Origin: Antedon mediterranea
Lineage: Eukaryota; Animalia; Echinodermata
Direction: 5' to 3'
DNA length: 64,000 nucleotides
Assembly: GCF_964355755.1 (NCBI RefSeq)
Contig: NC_092673.1
Span: 6,696,001-6,760,000, forward strand
This document shows positions 50,718 through 62,157 of this stretch, piece by piece. How positions within the stretch are numbered: position 1 is the first letter of the stretch; every line of letters starts with the position of its first letter. Below the pieces are notes generated by a model that was not told the origin of the DNA, did no database searches, and worked only from the letters and a program-made list of their open reading frames with translations. The position numbers and the translations under genes are program-made.

Positions 50718-53700
50718 GTAAGAGCTTATATTTCAATATATCATACAAGTATATAATGGTATCTATGTTAACCTATAGACAAACGGTCATGCTATGACAT
50801 AAATCTTAAACAATCTTGTATAATCAATTTATATCATATCCATATATTATCCATAAGCAACCGGTGTTCAATATGAATCGATAATCGATTATTTGTAATT
50901 TACCAGGAACCCATTGTATTACATGGATATTACCCATTTTTCCATGCATTCGAATCATTTGGACGGCATCACTGGAATGATAGTAGGTATACTGCAATAT
51001 ATCCATAACACATTTACCCGTAAAAGGTCATGCCTCACAGTTAGACCCATTGCCTGAGCATTTAGTAATTTCCATGTAATACAATGGGTTCCTGGTAAAT
51101 TACAAATAATCGCTTAAAGACATTAAAAAACGCAAATAAGATATATATTCCACACAGTAGACTAGAAATTAATAAAAAATCTATTTTCATTGAAGGACCA
51201 ACATACTGGAATAAACTTCAGTCTACTCTAGAACAAAATCACATGACCTCGCTCCCTATGCTAAAGTACAATATTAAAAAAATGATATTTGAAACATATT
51301 GCTAGCCACTATTGCTACTTCAAAATTGGGGTTGTAAATATTTTGCTTATCTCACTTTGTTTTTTTTTTCTTTTTCTGTCTAAAAATGTCATTTTTTGTT
51401 AATGTAATGCGTCCGTAGGCCTATATGTTTTATGTTTATGCTTAGGACTACAAAGACCAGCCACTTTGGCCGCCTGTGTATCTTAACCCATAAACTATGT
51501 ATCTACGTATCTTTATTATCAATGTAATTATTGTATTAAATACAGAATACATATACAAATTTTTACCAAACAGATGCCCACAATTTCGATTCATTGATTT
51601 AAAGAATAAGCAACCTGTCGCGAAGTTTTTGTTCTTCATTAACATTCATTCTAAAGTGTTTGAGAATCCGTGTGAATGGTTGATTTTAGTATTACGTAAT
51701 CGCTTTATAGAATTGTGTCAAATTATGTCTGTACACAGCTGATGTGTTGCATTGATAATAGGCATTTCGTATCTCGTATTTGTTATGTTTTTTTTATTAT
51801 ATCAATATTTCTGGTTAGGCATAATAATGTATTTTGAATCAATGAAAACATTTCTTTAAAAAATAGAATAAAACTTGAATGAGCATGATTACGAATATAT
51901 TATTTCAGGCCTATGAATATACATCATATCACTGGACGGATTAGCGTTTTTCATGTTAAAATGTATAGAGGCATAATACACGCCGCGAGTTCCTCGCGCG
52001 TAGAAATAGTAATACAGTGGTGTGCTCATCAATTTTTGAACGCACGTGTCAAAGTTTGTCTTGAATTGAATGTCAAATTGGATCTACAGTTATATTCAGA
52101 ATTGAATAATATTTTCAAGGCCTCTATAATGAACGGACTATTCATTTATTCCCAGGCGTCCAGAAAACGACGTTCGGCTATAATTAGTTACGCTACGTGG
52201 TTTTGAAGACGCTGTGACCTTACATACAGAAAACTAAATACAGACAAATACTGTACACCTTTTAATATTAAATTGTCATATTATATTATAAATATTATAT
52301 GATGACGTCATACTAATGGTACTGGTAGAGCCTAACCGTTACGCCGTGCAATACGGTACAGAATATATCATTCGTTTGTGGGTAGGCCTAGCTACACGCG
52401 ATTGGCAACATGTTATTATGGTACAGTGGTAAATATACAGAAAGCTTGCGTGAATTGCACGCTCTTTACAACAACAACTGGAACTTCTAACTTGGTTACC
52501 ACAGATGATCATCCTCACGTCGTGATTGGTCAAATTACTCTCGGTTACGTGCTTGCACTGCGTCCGATTGTGTAAAAGCTAAGTAAGAGCATATTAAGCT
52601 GGTTGAGATCAAGCGTAGGGCATGTTTTGGTCATATTTGGACTATTGTGTTTAGAAAGAATCAGATACCATCACAAGTACCCCTTTGGACGGTCAATAGT
52701 CATAAAGGTAAAGATTTCGGTTTTATCTCCTGCCCCTCCATCTTGAATGGATGTCGGGGTGCACCCCTATACACTTCCACCTACGCCCTAATTGGCTATG
52801 TTAACCCGAGCTTAGTAGCTTACACAGTCATGACCCATGTATGCCGAATAAATAAAGTGACTGCACTGTTTTGTTTTCGTTTTGTTTTTTTAGGCCTAGA
52901 CGCATTATAAATTCATTTCAAACCAAATATTTGTGTATATACTGCTTTCTCTATTTATCGTTATCATCATTAATTTGTTCTACTTTTTGACAATGTCTAT
53001 ATAAGATACTTATAGAGGACTTTATTAAAGTATCATATTACCCATTAGCAATTGAGTTATTGTAAACATTTTATCCAAACACGACGTGTATAACAATAGG
53101 TACCGGTACATCTATGTACACGCTTAGCCGATGAAATGGAAATGTTTACTAAATTAAATAAGTTCATTATGAGTAGATTTATACTTAAGTTCAATTGTTC
53201 GATTAATATATGCATAGTTCGTGACTATAATCCGTTATACTGTCTACAGTTTAGGTCAAATTAGAAGTAAACCATCAAAAAAAGTGTTGTGCACATTTAG
53301 ACTAAAGCTTTCCACTCGAGACGCAACACAGGGACGTAGACGCAACGCAAACGTGTTGACCACATAAGGTTGGTTCCCACAGCGACGCAACGCAAGGACG
53401 TAACGCAACGTAAAGCGTGGTTCCCACTAGCGACGCAACGCAAGGACGTAACGCAACGCAAGTGAATTGACCAATCACAAGCGATGGCTTATTCGCTTGT
53501 GATTGCTAAAGCTTGGTTCCCATTAGAACGTAACGCAAGGACGTGAACGTAACGCAAGGACGTAAACGCAACGCAAGCGTTTTAACCAATGACAGGCGAA
53601 GTTATAGACAGTTAGCAATCACAAGCGAATAAGCCATCGCTTGTGATTGGTCAATTCACTTGCGTTGCGTTACGTCGTTGTGTTGCGTCGCTAGTGGGAA

Positions 53701-56700
53701 CCACGCTTAACTGTCTATAACTTCGCTTGTCATTGGTTAAAAAGCTTGCGTTGCGTTTACGTCCTTGCGTTACGTTCTAGTGGGAACCAAGCTTTACGTT
53801 GCGTTACGTCCTTATGTTGCGTTTCTAGTGGGAACCAAACATTAAGATATACACGAGAATGCGACGACTTGACGTAAGTGCGCCGCAAGTAATTTGACCA
53901 ATCACGATGTCGCTTGTGATTGTTCAACTCATTTGCGTTGTACGTCGTCGTTCGGGTGGGAATCAAGGAGATACCTTTGGAAAACAAACAAATTGTACCA
54001 CCAAATGGCTGTTCCTGAGTTCTGTATTTAAATCTTTCCACTCAGTCATATTACGGGAATGTGTTCCTCTAAGTGGTGTCTCTCCCCACTCCCGGTGTCC
54101 AACCCCCCCCCCCCCACCCACCTTTAATAGGGGCTCACAAACAATGGTAACCAAAGCCTATATTCTGAAAAATACACGAAATATAAGTGACATATTATTG
54201 AGAATATTCAGTCAGTTGTGTAACAAAAACACCTAATATGAATTAGATTTATGTATAGACACGAAAGAAAAGTGTGTGTTCCGCCTAACCCACATTTATA
54301 ATAACAGAGACATAATATCGTGTATTTATTGAATTAATAAACAGCAAGTTCGCATTATCTTTCGTATATCTATCACTCTGAACTGTTATATTTCAGTTCT
54401 GGTGTATTATGAAGCAAAATAAGTATGCAATTCAACAATACATTATTCAAGGATACAGTTTTTAGTCAAAGAAAAATATCGTACCGTGCGAGTAGTTTTA
54501 CTAAGCAGGCTAGGAAAGCGAGGTATCTGCTATTTGTTTACGCAGCTGGACCAGGGTAAAACGCTTGAGAACCGCGTGCTGACGACGCCTGTCCGCTCGC
54601 CCAAGGCCTGCGTTTGCTCTATCTGTACGTTTCAGTCATAAAGAAAAACTATATTTTTTCAAGCTGTTATTCAATAGCATCTTTTTAAATGAGGCTTTCA
54701 TGATAGAGGAGTGTATTATCGTCACTGAATATCCACTAATGTTACCATGGAAACCTGTCTTTAGGTACAAAAGAAGTTAGCAATTGAACAGAATAGTAAA
54801 TGGTTAAATTTACGTGGCCTAAATATTTTATTTTACATTCGGATGAATTTTAAAATAGTACCGAACACGTTTAATACTGTATGTCGGGTTAAGAAGAAAA
54901 TATGGACAGTGAGATACAATCATTATAAACATTTTATTTACAACATGGGTTCCGAATGGTAAATAACATATTTTGGCAACGTAAATTTAGCCATTCTTTG
55001 GGACACTATTCATAGAACACCTATATGAGGGTGGGGTGGGGGGGGGGGGAGGGGGGTGCTTTCCTGTGTAATGAATAAGGGTAATACTTATACTACAGTG
55101 TAATGTAAACATTACATTATTATTAAAATATATGCCCTATATTTTTTTTTATTACAAGCCTAATTTTTGTGTAGGCCTATGCTTTAAATTATTTACAATT
55201 TCTATTGATATTACCACTTATATGATTTTTATTACCATGTTTCTGAAAAGCATATTACGAAACTAAAGTATATTATTATTAGCTCCTCCTCTGCCGGCGG
55301 TTATGGAACGCCCAAATATGGTGCGCTATGATAATTACGACGAGAAGGCCTTGCCATAATGCAGCGTTCCATAACCGGTGACCGAAGTTGGGAATTAATT
55401 ATTTTCACACCCGGGCAATTTGTTATTTCTTTCCAGTGAATTTTGTTGTATTATTACTTCTATTGATAATTACATCCCACTGTGATGACTTCCATTATAA
55501 AATATCTTTAATACTTACAAACTTGACGTAATTTTTTTTGGAATCGTCGCTGTGGTTGGTCAAACTTGCGACCAATCGCATGTGATCATATTTGTTAAGG
55601 TTTTTATTTCTATCGGTCTATTACAGCACTATAGTTTATGTATTAGATCAGTATGAATGTGATGACCTTTGACACTAACATTGATGTCATCCACTCGTTC
55701 ATCTTTCGTTCCATAAGTGAATGTAACTTATTAATAAATACACCTAATTATTTTCAAATATGGTGTTATTCAAGTACTAAATAATGCACTTATAGTTCAT
55801 TGTTTTTTTTTTCTAATTTTTTCCATTTATGTAGGTTATAATCATCACTGTACTAATATATTCGGTTCTAAAAAAGGTTAATGCTATAAAGGCTTTAACC
55901 GCGCATTGAAATGAGGGCTTAACACCTTACGTATAATATTAATTCTGTTCTAAATCCGGAAATCACGTCTTTTCTTTTTTTTTACTTTTCCATACATAGG
56001 CCTATCAGCTATGGGATGATAATACCGTCATAATTGTTCAAACTTAAAATATATTACGATCTATTGTACATATCCGACGGGTTAAAATAATGAAAAGCAA
56101 CACATGATTAAATTTAGAAAAAGGTGCCTCTAGCCTACGATTTTCAGTTAATGATCACATAACTTACTCTTCAATATCAGACGGTAACATTCTTTTATAT
56201 GTTGTGGTTTGATTGTACAAAACTGCAAAATGATTTATATTGAAATGTGGAATATCCTTATTCGCTGGCAAGTCAAATCCTTGTAATTAATAATACGTTT
56301 GCTACTTTAATATCTACGCAGACAGTAACGGTACTTGAACCGCCGTGACCTTGGTGCTAACGTAGGCATAGGAAGTGAGCGTTTATCTACAGGCGTGCGT
56401 TCATTATCAACCGATGCTTGATTGATACTTTTTGCTTTAAGCCATCGGCAGGGTTTTTGTTTGGGAGGCTACAATATTACCGTACGAATTCATTCATCCT
56501 GTAAGAAGAGTGTTATTTATGACGATATTTTTTTATTTGTATTGACAGAAAACATTCCTAAATGCGCTGGATGCCAACACCCGATTTTGGACCGATTTAT
56601 TCATAAGGTGCTCGAGCGGTTTTGGCACGCCAAATGCCTAAGATGTTCAGAGTGCGGTTGCCTTCTAAACGAGCGATGTTTTACGAGGAATGGTGAAGTT

Positions 56701-59700
56701 TTCTGCAAAGAAGATTTTGCAAGGTATGATTATTTCTTTGTGTGCGTATGCCTTTTTTTTGTATTTAAAAGGTTAAAGTGTTAATCGTAGAAACGTTCTC
56801 TTTTAAAGGATAATGACATAATATTTTCAAAACCTTGAATTTAGAGCCTTTGATTTATATCAAGCTATTAGTATTTAGAGAAATCATTATTTATAGCTTG
56901 TGTGAATATGTTCTGATAATTGTGAACGGGTGTGAGCGTTTTGAAAATATGATTGGTTAAATAAAATGTAGAACAATAATCTTCATATTTATCCGCATAA
57001 TAATCATTATTATTCTATCATCGACATTTACCATTGTTACAAGTCATTGCTGCCCAAAGGGCGTATGCTAATGACGTGAGCATGCATCGTATATGACTAG
57101 AACTTTACACCTATAGGAGGTGAAAATAGAAGTTCGGAAATCGGAGATAATATACGGATAACCTCTTCGTTTTTTAGGCTATTGAAAGCATTAAAGAGGC
57201 GACTTTTTTTTGTTTGCCACAGGGACGAAATTCCTCTACCTCTGCAGCACGAATGGGAAGGGTTGGAGATTATCATGGTTATTGCAACGATCTTCATCGT
57301 TCACGTAAACCCATAGGCTATAATGATGACGTAATCTTTGTGCGTAGCGTCGTACAAAATGTCCAAATCATCCCAAAATCATAATCAATTGATGAATGTT
57401 GAATTTGAATACAAATTGTTAATTATGCGAATTTGCTTCTTTTTCAGTCGGTTTGGAACAAAGTGTTCAGCTTGTGATAAGGTCATTGCTCCAACGGAGG
57501 TTGTACGACGGGCACAGGACAACGTTTACCACCTGGACTGTTTTAGTTGCCTTATGTGTAACACACAGCTCTCTACGGGTGACGAATTCTACCTGATGGG
57601 AGACAGTAAACTAGTATGTAAGAGGGACTACGAGGCAGCAAAGGCCAAGGGTAGGTTGCACTAGGAACTCGATAGGCCTGCCTTCTAGGTTGGACATACC
57701 GGCCGTAACAATCCATTTTACCACAAATAACACTATACACCGTACTGTAATAATTATTTAGCAAAAGTTTCTTCTATTTCACAATATATAACACTTCGAT
57801 TAATTAATTAATTAACCTGTTATTATTTTAGCAAGCTTTATTTTGATAACCATATACACAGTTTACGGTATGCAGTGACTTTCTGAACATTGAAAACAAA
57901 CTCACCATCCGCTATCTGCAGTACAAATGGCATTATTGCAGTAGAATTATTTTGAAATAATCTTTTAAAACTTGTTGCATACAACATATCCAAAATGTAT
58001 TATTCAATTATTCAAAATATCCCTACTTTATCTATTATATCTAAGTACAAATACAAGGTAAAATATACAATATTTCAATCTTAACTGATACAAAAAATAC
58101 ACCTGCTTCTATTAATTTGCATAACCACACGTGCGTGTCGTGACGTTTCGGTGTCCGGTTACGAACAACCCAACGTACTCACAAAGACACTTCAACTGCA
58201 CATGATTGTGTGTAAGGTATAAGTGTCGAAGGTCAAATCACTTGATTAACATTTGAACACAATATTTTATGAAATAAATGGCTCTTCAGTTTTCAATTTG
58301 TATCGCTAAGCGCCAGTGTGCTTTCTAAACACACGCGTAAGATACATTTTAAACAATACATTACCTGGTAATTCTAGAAAATACAAATAAAATAGGCGAT
58401 CAGAAACAGCGAAATACCTGGCAAAATATGGCGACCACTAGAGGGCGCGCTATTTGATATTTCGGCCCATATTGAACATACGAGATTTTAATACGGCTTT
58501 TTTTAAAAAAAGTCTAATGAATAGTCATCGTCTGTTGTCTAATAAACACATAAATTAGACGCTAACTTGAAAATTGTGAAATATCTTGAAAACAAACAAA
58601 TATAGGCCTATAGTTTGGAGAACTCTGGTTTTCTTAATGCAGTACGTCGTATTAATGTGATCTGTTATGTGTGAAGATAACTAATAACTAATATTTACAA
58701 AATCTTTGTATTTTCAGAAATGGAATTAGATAATGCGAATAAACGACCACGCACTACTATCACAGCCAAACAGTTGGAAACACTAAAGAGTGCGTATACC
58801 AGTAGTCCGAAACCACCAAGACACGTACGAGAGCAGTTAGCGCAAGAGACGGGGTTGGATATGCGTGTGGTTCAGGTAATTGTCTACAATATTGTTGATG
58901 TTTTGTTGTCTGTTGGATACGTGCACGTGCATTTTAATAATTGCTATATTATGTGTACTAAGAGTGCGTATATAAGTAAATCCTTGTTGGCTGCCCATCA
59001 ATTAAATAGCATCCATTATTTTGTTAGGTTTGGTTCCAAAACAGACGAGCGAAAGAAAAACGATTGAAGAAAGACTCCAGTAGGCAGCGCTGGGGCCAGT
59101 ATTTCCAGGGTAAAGGACCAGGAGATAGTAGTCCGGGAAATCCAGGGGATTCGTCAGTTCCGTCTCCGAAATCAGACGGAGATAAAACAGAAACAGACAG
59201 TAAGTAAAAATTCATTTCAAGAGACCACGTGTGAAATGACTACACCAAAGTAATTAACGTACCCGGCGGAGAGGCACGACCAAACGCTTAAAGCTTGATA
59301 TATGTAGTTGTAGTACGATAAACACGACCTTAGGTTAGAACATACAATTATGAGCTTGGTGTGGTCAAACCCATACCAAAGTAGGCTAACCACCAGTTTC
59401 CCAGGAATTACACGATTAAAAAAAAAACATCTGAGCCTAATCCACACTGAAGAAACTACCTTCCGTATGCTGTTTTGTTTTCACTAGTTAGCATGATGAT
59501 GAGTTTGGTCCTTCTGGGCCCTAAAGTTTGCAAGAATGAACGGATCCGATCGAAGTATTAACTTATGTCTTCTATCCTCAATGTTCTCCTTAAAAATAAA
59601 CTGGCACGATCAGCGTTTGTGCTTATTGTCGTTTCTTAAATCCATAACCGACGTCGTTCACGATCAAAGCTTGTACCTCAAAATGTGAACTTTCATGGCT

Positions 59701-60097
59701 TAATATAACTTTTGATTTATCTTTATTAGGTGATGCTGGTTTAACAATAGACAGAAATGTAATTTACACTGAAGAACCTGAACCAACACAGATGATGAAC
59801 ACGCATAATCATAATGGAGGGTTTGCGGTAACGCCGTACTTACCGCAAAACAACAATGGCTATCCAATGAGTCAATCTCCAGGCTTACCAAGTAACCAGC
59901 CCGGTATGATGCCAAGTATCCCACCTTCAGATACCAACCTCTCGGCTTTGATAAACCCAAATGCAGCACATGGCCTAACTGCTGCCATGCGAGCGATGGT
60001 CCACGCAGGCGGAGAAGAACTCCATGACGGAAACACAATGTATGATGATTTTCCAAGCAATCCGTCATCGTGGATCGGCGGCCATTCGCAGTTTTGA
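50636..60097 (+). CDS. Lhx3: LIM-homeobox transcription factor Lhx3/4 (Lim3), 6 coding exons, 385 aa (gene span; exons listed separately)
   Basis: Two LIM domains, homeodomain [19 protein letters not shown]...[26 protein letters not shown] and C-terminal [18 protein letters not shown], resembling the Lhx3/4 terminal motif. Exon lengths 82+175+203+158+172+368=1158 nt give one open frame; all introns are GT..AG. Confidence 0.95.
50886..51112. mobile_element. MITE / long inverted repeat at the start of Lhx3/4 intron 1
   Basis: CGATTATTTGTAATTTACCAGGAACCCATTGTATTACATGGATATTAC mirrored at 51065-51112 with one mismatch. Confidence 0.8.
53306..53969. mobile_element. Four-layer nest of the PIF/Harbinger-like MITE family in Lhx3/4 intron 1
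   Basis: Layers 53306-53969 (old), 53367-53841, 53414-53793 and 53510-53707 (inverted, TAA TSD); same family as 40352-40531. Confidence 0.85.
55298..55377. repeat. Short inverted repeat (14-bp perfect arms), MITE-like
   Basis: CGGTTATGGAACGC ... GCGTTCCATAACCG. Confidence 0.6.
56549..56723 (+). CDS. Lhx3: Lhx3/4 exon 2, LIM domain 1
   Basis: Acceptor ttgtattgacAG; [58 protein letters not shown]; donor AG|GTATGA. Confidence 0.97.
57448..57650 (+). CDS. Lhx3: Lhx3/4 exon 3, LIM domain 2
   Basis: Acceptor cttctttttcAG; [67 protein letters not shown]; donor G|GTAGGT. Confidence 0.97.
58428..58450 (+). promoter_or_regulatory. CTCF-type motif CCACTAGAGGGCGC with adjacent YY1-like ATGGCG, Lhx3/4 intron 3
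   Basis: CCACTAGAGGGCGC at 58435-58448 matches the CTCF core consensus CCASYAGRKGGCRS, standing out in an AT-rich intron. Confidence 0.55.
58718..58875 (+). CDS. Lhx3: Lhx3/4 exon 4, homeodomain N-terminal part
   Basis: Acceptor ttgtattttcAG; [52 protein letters not shown]; donor CAG|GTAATT at the Q|VWFQN junction. Confidence 0.97.
59028..59199 (+). CDS. Lhx3: Lhx3/4 exon 5, homeodomain helix 3 and Lim3-specific region
   Basis: Acceptor attttgttAG; [57 protein letters not shown]; donor A|GTAAGT. Confidence 0.95.
59730..60097 (+). CDS. Lhx3: Lhx3/4 terminal coding exon 6
   Basis: Acceptor tatctttattAG, phase 1 compatible (A+GT=Ser). Reads [26 protein letters not shown]... in frame with ORF 59792..60097 and ends [16 protein letters not shown]. 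Confidence 0.92.
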
Positions 60098-60738
60098 CCA
60101 ACGAAATGGAGAAATTATATCGATTCCGATTGTACATTGTCTGTTTATGGCAAAGTGACTTTATGACATTAAAACAAACAACTCGATTTGATCGAATTGA
60201 ACTTACACGAACTGTGTAATATATCAGGGCCTATCTGAAAGGCACAAGAAGTGCAATCTTTTTACACGTATTTTACGACTGATTTGATTCCTAGTCAATA
60301 TGTAACTGCTATTATTATTATTATTGAATTTACCTAGAAGGTAGGTAATATAAAAGGCAAATATGATACACAGGAGTCTTGAGGTATTACATTTTCTTAT
60401 AAAAGAAACTTTCTCTCAATGGTGGAGAAACATAAAACATAATTTTTTTAATACCAGACCAGACGAAATGTTTACTGGTTCTGTTATTGTTAAGTTGATT
60501 ATTATGCGCATGTGTGAATTCAGTGTGCGTGTTTGACCAATGGAATTTGTTAGGGTGTGCTATTTTTTATTTATGAATATTAGAGTCAGATATATAATTA
60601 CTTTGTTTATAGTGTGTTGTGATTTTATATTTTATTTAAAAAAAAACGTTATCGTATTGTACCGGTACCGTACGTTCTCAACCCCAATCCTATTATTTAT
60701 TCAGTAAACAAGCAACACTGATTTTACTTAAGGTGTTT

Positions 60739-60744
60739 AATAAA
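60739..60744 (+). terminator. Candidate polyadenylation signal AATAAA (an alternative lies at 61297-61302)
   Basis: AATAAA about 640 nt after the stop codon; the AT-rich context weakens the call. Confidence 0.3.
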
Positions 60745-62157
60745 AGGTACTGACACCACTGCCAAATGTAAGTGATTATTGGTTTAAAATCAAAAAAATG
60801 TTCTCTCTCAAAATGTCATAAAACGTACCGTAAATAAGTTTTATTCCATCTTAAGACATTGATACATGTTGGGGTTGTTTCTCTGTTGTTAAACCATGTT
60901 TAAGGAGAAAGGGGTCAGTAATCCGAAGGGATTATTATGAAATTCAAACCCAGTATTTACCTGCCGAATACCGAAAACGAATATCAACTATACAGCATTA
61001 ACCTATACACGCATTGTTTTGTAGATAACGATACAAAGTGATTATTGGTCTGTATCATGGTCTTTAACATCTCATTTTAGCCTTTACATTTATATTTCAT
61101 AGTTGTAAAAAACAAAACAGAATTTTATTTTGTAATTATTGATATTTTGTACGTAATTTATTCCTTTACAAAATTTGAATTTACCTTGAGTACCGTATAT
61201 GTAAGTAATCACAGAGAAACTGGTTTCCGAATGATTACATTTCTCTTTTATTCGTTACCATGGCAACAGTAGACATTGTTTGGGGATACTGCTTACAATA
61301 AAATTGTATAGGTATAAGTCCAATTCTGATTAAAGCACACTTTGGGAGCACTGTCCGTATTCACTAACTTAAGGAAATACCTGAATAATAACATAAAACT
61401 TACAACATTCTTAAATATTTATTGATCTATATAAAAAATCTATAGTATTTAAGGGAAATATTTTTACTCGTGTTGTGATAGTGAATAATGTCACAGATTT
61501 TACCGTCTCCTAATTATGTGGTCTTTAATGATTAGAGAAGATATATTTATCTTCGTATACAAACGTACATAAAGATTGCACATTAGTGACAATCCACCTA
61601 TTTATGTTTAAGTTAGAGCAACGCAATTATTTTAACATTGTTTTCTCTCAACTGGAGTTTCAATTGGGCATTCGTGTAAGATAGTAACATCTTCTGATTT
61701 AGCGTACGACTAAACAGATTATTATTATTTAAACCACATAATAAAAATATTTGATCCGGTTCCCAATACATTGCAGTACATAATAAGTAATTTTGCTAAA
61801 TCAAAATTAAAACTTATATAATTGCATTTAATATATTTATATGTATATTATATAGGTAAATTGCAGTCGCCCGATCTTTCTACCTTGTATCTAAATATTT
61901 TATTATAGTTAGGTTTAAGAATTTGCTGCAAATAAATTATTTATTTAACTTTTTTTACTTTTTAGAAAAATTAAACACAAATCAATTTTTCTTAAATATA
62001 TAATGTGTATGTATAAAAATCAATTCATTTGTATTGTACATTTGTTCATTCGTCGTTATTTATTATTGATAAATATGTGTCCGTTTTAAATTTTACGTGC
62101 AAGCGATTACAATAAAACATAACATGAAGCGAGTTTGCAATGTTTTGTCTGGTTCTG

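Noticed and set aside
56422-56548. N-terminal extensions of track ORFs 56422..56784 and 57338..57664
   Set aside because: Intronic read-through before clear AG acceptors at 56548 and 57447
59490-59560. C/D-box snoRNA suggested by ATGATGA in intron 5
   Set aside because: No box D (CTGA) at a suitable distance and no terminal stem
59700-60137. 145-aa and 62-aa antisense ORFs
   Set aside because: Shadow frames of Lhx3/4 exon 6
60251-60257. miR-92-family seed match GTGCAAT in the 3' UTR
   Set aside because: A single 7-mer is expected by chance; conservation data would be needed
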